A DNA stretch of 63,682 nucleotides, the filler included. It is 4 parts of 4 records of this genome, joined end to end, with 100 filler letters (N's around TTAATTAATTAA, not from the genome) between each part and the next. Parts side by side here need not be neighbours in the genome. Positions count along the whole stretch, not along the records: positions 28,993 to 56,894 come from SRR2962707_1741; 3 more parts are not named here. One strand, written 5' to 3'. The notes under the pieces were generated by a model. That model searched no databases and had not been told where the DNA came from. It worked only from the letters and a program-made list of their open reading frames with translations. Positions 41,601 through 50,200 of this stretch are shown piece by piece (the stretch's first letter is position 1; every line of letters begins with the position of its first letter). Both the position numbers and the translations under genes were made by a program.

Positions 41601-42873
41601 CGTCGCGATCCACTTCTTCCAGTAGTTGCGCTACGAGATCGGAAGAAAATTTCAGCATGGTTCCACATTGCGAGAAGCGCCGCGCCGGACCCTCTATGAT
41701 TTCCTTAAACGCGCCGCGCGGAATGCGGATGAGACTAAATGTAGTCAAATCCCGGCCATTAAACGCCTCGTCATGCTGTAGCCTTTCAAAATCCGCGGAC
41801 CGGATGGAGAAGATGAAGAAGACTCGTGAGCTGAAGCGCTCTGCTAATATTGCCAGGATGTCACGGACGCCCGATGTCCCGTGAGCAACATCCGAGAAAT
41901 AAAGCGTTTCAGCCTGGTCGATAGTGATCACCAGTTTCGGAGTGGCGCCCAAGCGTTTGTCCACCGCCTCGAGAAGGCGCCCAACATAGATGCCGATAGC
42001 AGAGGCGCGGTCGGCATCCAATGCCGCCTTGATCTCGCCCTTGGCGACGGGCTCGCCGGCTTCACTCAACGCATTGGCAAGTGCTGTCGCAAATGTTGCG
42101 CCGGTGCCAGTATTCTGATGGTCGGGGCGGACCGGCGGTAGCACGGCGAAACGGTCTGTCTCTCGCGCAAGGCGCGGCAAGAGGCCGGCTGCAATGAAGG
42201 AGGATTTGCCCGAACCGGACGCCCCGAGTACGACGAAATGTGGTGGCGAATCCTGTTCCGACAATTTCCGCATCTCGGCCAGCGCCTCGGCGATTTCCGC
42301 CGACCGGCCGAAAAAGGTTCCGGCATCTTTAGCATCGAGCGCCTGCAGTCCACGATAGGGTGCGCGTTCTGGATCGTGTTCCGGCGGCCAAGGAAAATAG
42401 TCCGGGTTTGCGTCGGTCAGTTGCAGGCCCTGGAACAGTCGCCTCAATCCCGAGGTTGCATATGAGATTGTGTCTCGGCGGTGACCCAGCGTTTCGATCT
42501 CGATGTTGCGGCGCGGGCCCGGCTCGAGAAGGTTGATGAGTTGGTATTCTGCGGTCAGCTCAGCCGGCAAGTCATTGATATCGATTTCGTCGATCAGCAG
42601 TGCGATAAGCGGCTTGCCGAGACTGATTGCGGCGATCAACTCGGTGCGTGACCAATCGGATTCCATCCAGTTTCGGGAGATGATGAAGATTACGACGCGG
42701 CAACTGCCGGTAGCAAGCTTAAGTGCCCTTTGCCATCGCTGGCCACCAACAATGCCGCGTTCCTCGTCGAAATCGAGAAAAATGTTGTTCCAATTATTTT
42801 CGATCAGCCAGTCACGGATCGCAATAGCGTGATCATTGTCTTTGCTGGAATGGCTGATGAATATTTCGCTCAT
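38647..42873 (-). CDS. TIR - STAND (nSTAND1-like) NTPase - TM - WD40/beta-propeller protein
   Basis: IFISHSS, WSRTE (TIR Glu); PYRGL, GASGSGKSS, IDQAE, LPLL, HEAFLRCW; hydrophobic ALATAAMLGAIATGAFGYLW; AFSPDG repeats. Confidence 0.9.
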   Translation of the reverse strand: MSEIFISHSSKDNDHAIAIRDWLIENNWNNIFLDFDEERGIVGGQRWQRALKLATGSCRVVIFIISRNWMESDWSRTELIAAISLGKPLIALLIDEIDINDLPAELTAEYQLINLLEPGPRRNIEIETLGHRRDTISYATSGLRRLFQGLQLTDANPDYFPWPPEHDPERAPYRGLQALDAKDAGTFFGRSAEIAEALAEMRKLSEQDSPPHFVVLGASGSGKSSFIAAGLLPRLARETDRFAVLPPVRPDHQNTGTGATFATALANALSEAGEPVAKGEIKAALDADRASAIGIYVGRLLEAVDKRLGATPKLVITIDQAETLYFSDVAHGTSGVRDILAILAERFSSRVFFIFSIRSADFERLQHDEAFNGRDLTTFSLIRIPRGAFKEIIEGPARRFSQCGTMLKFSSDLVAQLLEEVDRDGAKDTLPLLAYTLRRLYDDYAEAGEITVDDYEAIGGLKGSIESAVNRVLEFAKNDPNLPNRREANLAILKRGLIPWTAGIDPVTGEPRRNVAALDQIPREARPMIDLLVKERLLATDRDQISGEATVEPAHEAFLRCWTELNGWLQEDRPLLASIDIVRAQAVIWDANARSDDRLSLMGDTLKDALKLLDDERFNKQLSVSEVDFIRACKGKSDAEAAQKRNAKRVRRALATAAMLGAIATGAFGYLWNESNLSARNAETMEQARIALESGDYGFASRSALAILDTSYGPVARDLILDAALRNPSSVGKALKFDGDIRSNLVAKNGKIFAGSDDANIYSINLKTGKITSSNTGIKPLRGNSSSNRIIRLARVDEDNLAVLHYDGQINFIDVDNNLLRAIKLDINDTRRSKIRSSPNGLSWAVPIDGGIRSVTCDFSAGDLDCQHHIKVIEDFESPDYWGLTDDARARWFTIDNGKLVITESDLKAGTFSQTFTVPLPSDQQCSADQIHLRVVDHFVLAGGRDCAGLYRLAEKMAGFEKLPIGAINLGDVKFLTLGFIVANCADNAVCATYLEQAHGRMTGTRIRVYLPHSLARLVAIMAGGEKLVIVGDEDVEGNTPIHIHDVTGKHAPVVPVFNSAHDIAAIAPEGSKVLSVIAGQLVEWMPSGETTAQPLILPDGANVLPTHIAVSSATLADNSFAVLLKEPDGDADNLLSVFDGSKLVASVPVGRNQKQVLTSGNTIVVIGDNDTWFDWYTFDSSAGTLDRAERIIPDDVALAELRAEHGKPWGAAFSPDGSKLYVSHGKGSILEWNALTGAFARVIVAGPDRPGRPAGTASVAVSSDGNRILTADNLGSLVPIYSTGAVGTALQQVMSLENFQPQKEMLRVAFSPDGTLLALMTADGRLDMYGWGVNGPDHKVYTAEMTKNTGQTMRYYDMTWVGNTTLAISGTEGEVRFFPASVRTIAASLANISMEPIENLTEGVNKP

Positions 42874-42891
42874 AGTCGGTTAGCCACTTCT

Positions 42892-44220
42892 TCATTCAGC
42901 AAAAAGGCCGATCGTTTGGCGTTTGATGACCGGCTGAGTTTCTTCAAAACTTACATAGCCCCAGCGCCCCTGCACTTTGACTGGCGCGAAACCTTCACGG
43001 TAGCGAAAGCCGTCTTGGAAGACCGCGCCGGTTTTATCCCCAATAGTGCCGTTCTCAGTCACCTCGAGGAAGCCGAATTTGCCATTTTCGTACTTGTAGA
43101 GCGCGTAGCCTTCCCAGAAACCGTAGATGCGATCCAGCTCCTCGAGCGCTGACCCTGCGTAGACCTCCGACAGGTCCTTGCGTAGATACATCAAACTGTC
43201 CGCATTCTCTGATTGTCGATTGGCAGCGATAAGCTGATTATCCGATTCGCGTAGCCAAGTTAGTTCGTCGGAGATAGCCATTGCGCCGTCGCAGCGGCTG
43301 AGGCTTCGGACGAGGAGATCTCTGATGCCGCTTTCACCGAACCTCCCGTAATTTGCATATTTTTGAAGAATGCCGAAATCATAGAGAAAATAGCGACCGC
43401 CCGTATTCCGGCAGTAAATCGTTGTATCGCTGAGCCCCTTATGGCGGCCTATGATAGGGTTAGTCCATACTCTGTAAGATTTTGCTTCTTGGTATTCGTC
43501 AACGTCTCCATCAGAATCTACATAAATACCGATAAAATCTTCTAAGAGGCCAATCAACGATTCTTTACCAGCGCGGATAATAACAAAGGGGCCGATGGTC
43601 TCTAATTGGAGGTTATAAGCTCCTTTTTGTAAAAAAAATTCACCATTTTCTAATCTAAATTGCGCACTTTTGAAATTCAATTGATCAGAATTTATCAATA
43701 CTGGAGTTTTGAGCGATCCATCATTTTTAAAACCGTAAGCATCAAAGATATGCACACTGCTTTCGGGCCGGGTTGCAGCCGCGAAAATGCCGTCGCTGAC
43801 ATCCGAAACTGTCACGAATAATTGATTGTTGATACGGCGGCCAACTCGATCGATCAGGAGCCAATTTTGGCCTTGTCGCACCGCAGCATAGCCGCTGGAA
43901 AAAGGGCGTGCTTCCTCATAGCGTGCCTCGATTCGCAATTTGCCGCCTGTATCCACAAAGCCCCACTTGCCGTCGATTTCGACGGCAAAAAGGCCTTCAG
44001 TTCCTTTTTTGAGCTGGGCGAACCGCGGTTCGACTATCCAGGCACCATGTCGATCAATGAGGCCCCATTTGTCACGCAACATAACCGGGGCGGCGCCCTC
44101 ATTGAAATGTCCAGCACTTTCGAACCGCGCATCGATGACGAGCTCGACGGCTTGCGCTGGTGTGCACTGGAACATAAAACCAAGCGCTGAGAGGATTGAA
44201 AGAATAATCCTAACTTTCAT
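42892..44220 (-). CDS. Exported WG-repeat protein
   Basis: Signal peptide from ATG 44220 (GGAGG RBS); FNEG..PV....KWGLID, KWGFVD, KFGFL, RWGYV repeats. Confidence 0.87.
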   Translation of the reverse strand: MKVRIILSILSALGFMFQCTPAQAVELVIDARFESAGHFNEGAAPVMLRDKWGLIDRHGAWIVEPRFAQLKKGTEGLFAVEIDGKWGFVDTGGKLRIEARYEEARPFSSGYAAVRQGQNWLLIDRVGRRINNQLFVTVSDVSDGIFAAATRPESSVHIFDAYGFKNDGSLKTPVLINSDQLNFKSAQFRLENGEFFLQKGAYNLQLETIGPFVIIRAGKESLIGLLEDFIGIYVDSDGDVDEYQEAKSYRVWTNPIIGRHKGLSDTTIYCRNTGGRYFLYDFGILQKYANYGRFGESGIRDLLVRSLSRCDGAMAISDELTWLRESDNQLIAANRQSENADSLMYLRKDLSEVYAGSALEELDRIYGFWEGYALYKYENGKFGFLEVTENGTIGDKTGAVFQDGFRYREGFAPVKVQGRWGYVSFEETQPVIKRQTIGLFAE

Positions 44221-44496
44221 GCACGCCTCCACCATCCTTGTAAGAGAAAGATTATACATCAATAAGAATTGAAATAATATGTAGTTTCATGCTCGATCAT
44301 ATTAGGAGTAAATTGATTTCTTAAGTTTGCCGGGTGTTGACGTGTCCTGAGCCGCTTAAGCTGGTCGGGCAACGGAGAATTACCGGACCATTTGTCTTCC
44401 GGGACAATTCTGGGTTAGGGCCGTTGATCCCGGTAGTCGTCGCGGCGTCCTGCGAAAGTCGCGAGCGTAGATTATCGTTGACCTGAGCAACTGTCT

Positions 44497-45424
44497 TTAG
44501 GTTTGATAGCTGGTACCGATCTTCATCATTGCATTGATACGGACCAGCAATCGTCGAGCAACGGCGATGATTGCTGTTTTCGCAGCTTTTCCATCGTCGC
44601 GCATTTGGCCATAGATGGCTTTCCAATGTGGATCCCACCGAATGGCGACGAGCGCTGCCATATACATCGCGGCGGACACGTGGTCGGCCTCCATAGATTG
44701 CCCGCTTGCCCTTGTAGAGCCCCGACTCCCTGGCGTGAGGTGCCAAGCCAACGAGACTGGCAATCTGTCGCCGGTTGACTTGCCCAAGTTCCGGCATCGA
44801 AGCCATTAGATGACAGGCAGTTTGCGGCCCGACACCGGGGACCGATTGCAGTCGCTGGTTCTGCTCGTTCAGATCCTCGTGCGCGCCGATATGTGCGTTG
44901 ATCTGTTTGTGCAGCGCTTCTCGGCGCTTCGTCAGTGAACGGATCGAAGCTTTGATATCCTTGGTGATAAAAGCGTCATCGGCAACAGAGAGACGGTTTT
45001 GCTCAGCCGTGATCATATTCACAATGTCGTCCCGTCTGGCTTGAAGGTCGTGAAGACGCTGGCGGTGCAATTGGATCGGTGTGGCGCGTTCGGGGCGAAG
45101 CGCCTCTCCCATCGTGCATAGAATACGAGCGTCCAATCTGTCGGTCTTTGCCAGCAAACCAGCGGCACGGGCGAATTGACGAGCCCGCAACGGATTCACG
45201 CGCGCATAGGAAACACCACTGTCCTCAAGGCATGCGATCAGAACGCGTTCATATCGGCCTGTTGCCTCAAAAATTAGCATGACGTCGCCAGTCAGGCCTT
45301 GCGCCCATTTGGTCAAACGATCCCGTCGATTGGAAACACGGGTGAAGCGCTGATTGGAAGCGGTGAACACATCGATCCAGTCCTTGGCGACATCGACACC
45401 GATATAGGTCTTGGGTAAAGTCAT
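44497..45424 (-). pseudogene. IS110 DEDD recombinase/transposase with frameshift near 44668
   Basis: YIGVDVAKD, FEATG, KTDRLDA, SVPGVG, ESG; the conserved tail MYMAAL...AVARRLL is in a different frame (ORF 44497-44787). Confidence 0.88.
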
Positions 45425-45570
45425 GGAGCCTGTCCTTGTCATGCGGGATCGGTCTCCATAGAGCCGCCCCAAGCAACTGTTCAGGCTGAACACACGATGC
45501 AGACGAGCCCCAAGCTCAGGTACGGTGTCGCAAGCACCTAGACCCAATCGGGGTCTCGTCTGCACATACA
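45425..45570 (-). ncRNA. IS110 bridge RNA (target- and donor-binding loops)
   Basis: Stem 45498-45511/45550-45564 encloses guides matching the flanking target; second loop has ACAGTTGCT and GACAAG matching the end junction. Confidence 0.82.
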
Positions 45571-45707
45571 TTTATGTACGTATCAAAGAGACAAGATCCG
45601 AGTTCCCTCCAAATTGCGGAAGATTCTTGGGTTTTATCAATTCTTCTGCGTGCAAGGCGGACCACAGTGCCGTCGCTAGATGATGATCTTGCTCACCAGT
45701 CCAACGA

Positions 45708-46175
45708 CTATTTGAGTTCAGGAGCCAATCGGGCCCAAGGAACAACTTTTATTCCATTCTCGCCGATCCAACTGGGCGGATTTCCTGTGAAACTTGCGCC
45801 GGAATGTACAGCAACAACCTTTTTCCCCAATGCATTGCTCTTCTCAACCTCTCATTTTACCCAACGGCTTTGAGAAGTTGCATTGGAAAGGTAGACGACG
45901 GTCAATGACGAGCGATTGATGCGCTCGGTGATTTTTTGCCGAATGTATTTGGCGCGTTCGCTGTCATAGGGTGCTCGAACCGAGTGATCGTTGAATTCGA
46001 CATCGCTATTTTCGTTCTTTGCTTGGGCGCGAAGTAAATTCACTTCGTTCATGCCTTCAGTGGCGAAAATAATGAAAACATTCCGCTTGCCTCCTGCGAG
46101 TGCTTCTCGTGCCTTTTGTTCGAGTTAACTGATATCGCCGAGCTGATTCCAACCGCCTCAACCGCCGCCACCCAT
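45708..46175 (-). pseudogene. TIR domain protein (DUF1863/ThsB-like) with three in-frame stops
   Basis: One frame reads MGGGG*GGWNQLGDIS*...KRNVFI...RQKITERINRSSLTVVYLS..TSQSRWVK*EVEKS..LGKKVVAV; stops at 46158, 46125, 45852; GGAGG RBS. Confidence 0.82.
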
Positions 46176-47246
46176 CTATTCCTCCCCCAACTTAAATTTG
46201 TTGCACGCGATGTAACGCTCCCCGGTCAGAGAGAAACATTAAGCGAACTTGATGTGAAAGCGATCAACGGTCTTTACCTGCCACGGCCAGACGCGCAGCA
46301 GTAATGGCTCCCGTCGATCCTGTCAGATGGATGAGAACAGGTCTGAACAATGGCAAATAGCTGTCCATTATGCCGCGCCGCGTTGACGCCTCATGGTAAG
46401 AGCAGCGGTATGGTTGGCTTTGAAATTGTGTCGAGAGTAGAGATGACGCTCCTGGTTGAAATAGTTGAAGGCTGATGCGTGAACAGATCCGAAAGAACTT
46501 CAAACTCAAACGCGCCATGGCATTGAAAGAATGGCGCGACCTGTGCATGGCCTAACAGATTGTTATGCTTTGAAAATTGAACAGAGTTCGCATTCGGCTG
46601 ACAAGTCCCCCAAACCGCTCTGAACACCCTGACGTTCAACGTGTGCACTGCAGAAAAGTCAATCCAGTTAAGATAACTGGAAATTATCATTACCAAGTTT
46701 TGGGTACTCTATGAGAGGTTGTGCGGATTGGCAGTCCTCTCGCTATTCGGTAAAACTGTGCGCGATTTAGATCTATGGACTGATCAGTCCAAATAGGCAC
46801 AGCGTTCCGGACGTGCGTTATGCGATCCGCAGCAGCAAACACTTTCTCCGACTTCTGTGAATCGCTGATATGGGGCCGAGAGGCGACTGTCCGGTTCTGA
46901 GCCGGGATATTGGGATAGCTGTCGTTCGCGCAGGGACGGCTCTCGATCAGTCCTAGTCGTTCCGCGGTCTCAACGTGAACGTCTACTGCCAACGGAAACA
47001 GTTATCTACTATCAAGAAGGCGCGAGCCAGCAATGCGTTCAACCTTCAACCTTCACCGTTTGACGTCGCTTGCGGCGAGTCCAGAAACTTCAGTTTTTTC
47101 TGGGTAATGGCCTTCCAAATGGGAGCGCCAGCTGTAAGCTTGCGTACCCGACCAATGGTGAGGCCGCTAAACGCGCGAAACGTTGCGGGTGGGCGGCCAC
47201 AAATCTGGCGGGATTTTTAGGCCGGCAAGCGGTCTGAGGGGGGCGA

Positions 47247-50200
47247 ATGATCTCGGGATCGAGGAAGCTGCCGTCGCAGCATGTGACAATACGCGTGCCT
47301 TGGCACGACGGAGGCTGGAACGGCCGCGTGTGCACCTCCCCCTCGACAAACACCTCTTGCCTCGTCCTAAGCCGAATTGCTGCCGGAAAGCGCGACGACC
47401 AGGACGAGCAAGCTGGACAGCTCTTCGAGGAGCTTGCTACCTCTGTCATGCCGCCGTGCATTGACGAGCGGGTTAGCTTCATGGCCGACCACGACCTCGT
47501 CGTGAAGAAGCAGCATCCCTACAAGTCGTCGAGCCCCGAGAGCCATGGGCACTTTGGCGAGACCACGCTCAGGCTCGAAGCCTTTTCAGCGGCCTGCATT
47601 CCCTTCGGATGGATGCTGAAGTCCAACGTGGAAGGCGACGAGAAGTCAGGGGAGGTCGGGAAAGCGGCGGCACTGCGCCTGGGCTACGAGCCGGAACGCG
47701 AACCCGAACTCTCCTTCAAGACCGGCTGGGTCCAGGACAAGGCCAACCAGCTCGTCATGCTGGACACGTTCTTCGGCGCGCTGGAGCCCGGAACCTCCCT
47801 CTGCTTTTTCTACGCAAAAAAGACCCCGCTTTCCGAAAGCGCTAGCCGCGTGATCATCGGGGCGGCACGCGTGAAAGGAATCGGCCAGTATACCGAATAC
47901 GCCTACGACGCGCCGGGCGAACTGCAGGGTGTTCTATGGGAACGGTGCGTTCGGCATAGCCTGCGTCCCGGTGGCGCAGACGGGTTCCTGATGCCCTACT
48001 ACGAGGTGCTCGCCGCCGCGGATGCCGACGCTGGCATTGCGGTCGACGAGTGTGTCGCGTTCGCGCCAGACGATCAATTCGACGCGTTCTCGTACGGGTC
48101 CGAGCATCTTAGTCATGACGGCGCCATTGGGTCGCTGCTCGCCTGTGCCGGCGCGCTGAGGGCGTCGGCAAAAGTGATCGAGACGGACATATCGACCGCG
48201 CTCGCCTGGATCGACCGGGAGGTCGCCCGCCTTTGGACCGCGAGGGGAGTCCACCCCGGGCTCGGCAGCGCGCTGACTGCCTTCGGATTAGAGCATGGGG
48301 CGTTGCTCGCCCACGAAATCGCGAGGGTCGGAAGCAAGGAGGGGGAGATCTTCGACGCCTTCTCGTTCATTGACGGGTTCGCCGCCGCGTCGAAGTCGTT
48401 CCCGCAAGCGGAGACGTTCGGCTTCGGATCCACATACCGCGAGAAGTGGCGGGGGCTGGCCAAACCTCGCCGGCAGCTTCTCGACCTGATTGCCCGGTGC
48501 AGCCTCAATCCCGATCAGGCGATCAGGGCCTACCAGCCGAGCCAGCGCAACTACTCGGAAGAGACGACGGATGCCGAGATCCTGGCGAATCCCTACCTGC
48601 TGTTCGAGCGTGACGAAGCCGCGGCCGACCGCACAGCCTTTGGCATCATCGACCGAGGCGTCTTCCCGGCTGATGCGGTTCGCGCGAAGGTCCCACTGCC
48701 GCCGGGAACGGTTATGAGCGACGGCATCGACCGCCGCCGGGTGCGCGGGCTCGTGACCGAACTGCTTGAGCGGGCAGTACAGCTGGAAGGTCACACCCTG
48801 CTGCCGCGGAGCTGGATCGTGCGACGCGCGCTCGACTCTGCCCTGGAGCCGCGCTGCGCGGTCGACGAAGACGTCCTCGAGATGGCGGCCGCCCATCTCG
48901 CGCAGACCCTGGAGGAGGCTAAGACTTCGGGGGGCGAGCCCGCGCTGAAGTTGAGGCGGTACGGCTCGGCCCGCACAGCGATCACCAACGCCGTGCGCAA
49001 GCGAGTGTCGGGCAAGCGGCATGCTCTCGCCCACGACTGGCGCGCGCTCGTGAACGCCGCTTTACCCGAAATGGACGTCGGTCCTGACGCTGAGACCGAG
49101 GAGTTGGCCCGCCAAGAGAAGACGGCCGCGCTCGAACAGCTCGCGTCGGGACGCTTCTCGGTGCTGGTCGGGCCCGCAGGGTCAGGCAAGACCACGCTGC
49201 TCAAGGTCATCTGCGACCTCCCTGAGGTCGCGGCGGGTCGCGTCCTCCTGCTCGCCCCGACGGGCAAGGCGCGCGTCCGCCTGGAGGAGGCCACCGAGCG
49301 CCTGGGCGAGGGCATGACCATTGCCCAGTTCCTGCAGCGCCACGAGCGCTATGACGGGTCGAGCGGTCGTTACTTCCGTAATCCGGAGGCGCCCCGCGAG
49401 AAGGGCTATCGCTCCGTGGTGGTCGACGAGTGCTCGATGCTCACAGAAGACCAACTCGCGGCGCTCATTGATGCGATCGAGGGAGTCGACAGGCTGATCC
49501 TGGTCGGCGATCCCCGCCAGCTGCCGCCGATCGGCGCCGGCAGGCCCTTCGTCGACATCTGCCGGCATCTAGCGCCTGATGACGCCAAATCGAAGTTCCC
49601 CAAGATGGCTCCCGGATACGCCGAGCTAACGATCATCGGACGGCAGCGGGGTCACGACAGAGGCGATGTGCTGCTCGCCAGACAGTTCAGCGGTGAACCA
49701 CTTGATGCAGGCGCGGACGAGGTCTGGGATGCCCTCCAGCTAGGCACGCTGTCGCACGTCCGAACCGTCCGGTGGAGTCTGCCCAGTGATCTGGAACTCG
49801 TCCTCACGGAAGAACTGGTGCGAGGCCTGAAGCTGACGGACGGATCAGATCAGAACGGTTTCGAGCAAAGCATCGGTGGTAGCGAGTGGGAGGGCCACGT
49901 GCTGTTCTGGGCGCGTCGGTCCGGTGAGACCGAAGGCGGCGCGGCGGCGAGTTCGCACGACTGGCAGATCTTATCGCCAGTTCGTGCAGGTCTATCAGGC
50001 GTCGAGGCCATTAACCTGGCTGTGCAGCGCCGCTTCCGTAGCAAGGTGCGTGACAAGGCCTTATCCAGATACCCCAAGATTCCGAAGCCTGCCGGGCCGC
50101 AGGGCGTGCTCTGGGGCGACAAGGTCATCAATCTGCGCAACAACGGGCGCCGACGGACCTATCCGCACCAGGACCGACCTTATATCGCAAATGGCGACAT

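Larger units (their letters stand above)
44486..45595 (-). mobile_element. IS110 family element (IS621/IS492-like layout), CT core at both ends
   Basis: Minus strand: left end ...ggatCT-TGTCTC (core 45594-45595); right end ACAGTTG-CT-caggt (core 44486-44487); about 170 nt non-coding segment before the transposase. Confidence 0.88.

Noticed and set aside
38647-42873. Calling this a canonical Avs protein
   Set aside because: Propeller rather than TPR sensor, and a predicted TM helix
44321-45571. 416-aa ORF as an intact transposase
   Set aside because: First 49 codons are the bridge RNA region and the tail is out-of-frame read-through past the IS end
45708-46175. Functional Thoeris system
   Set aside because: TIR has three stops and no ThsA-like effector is present
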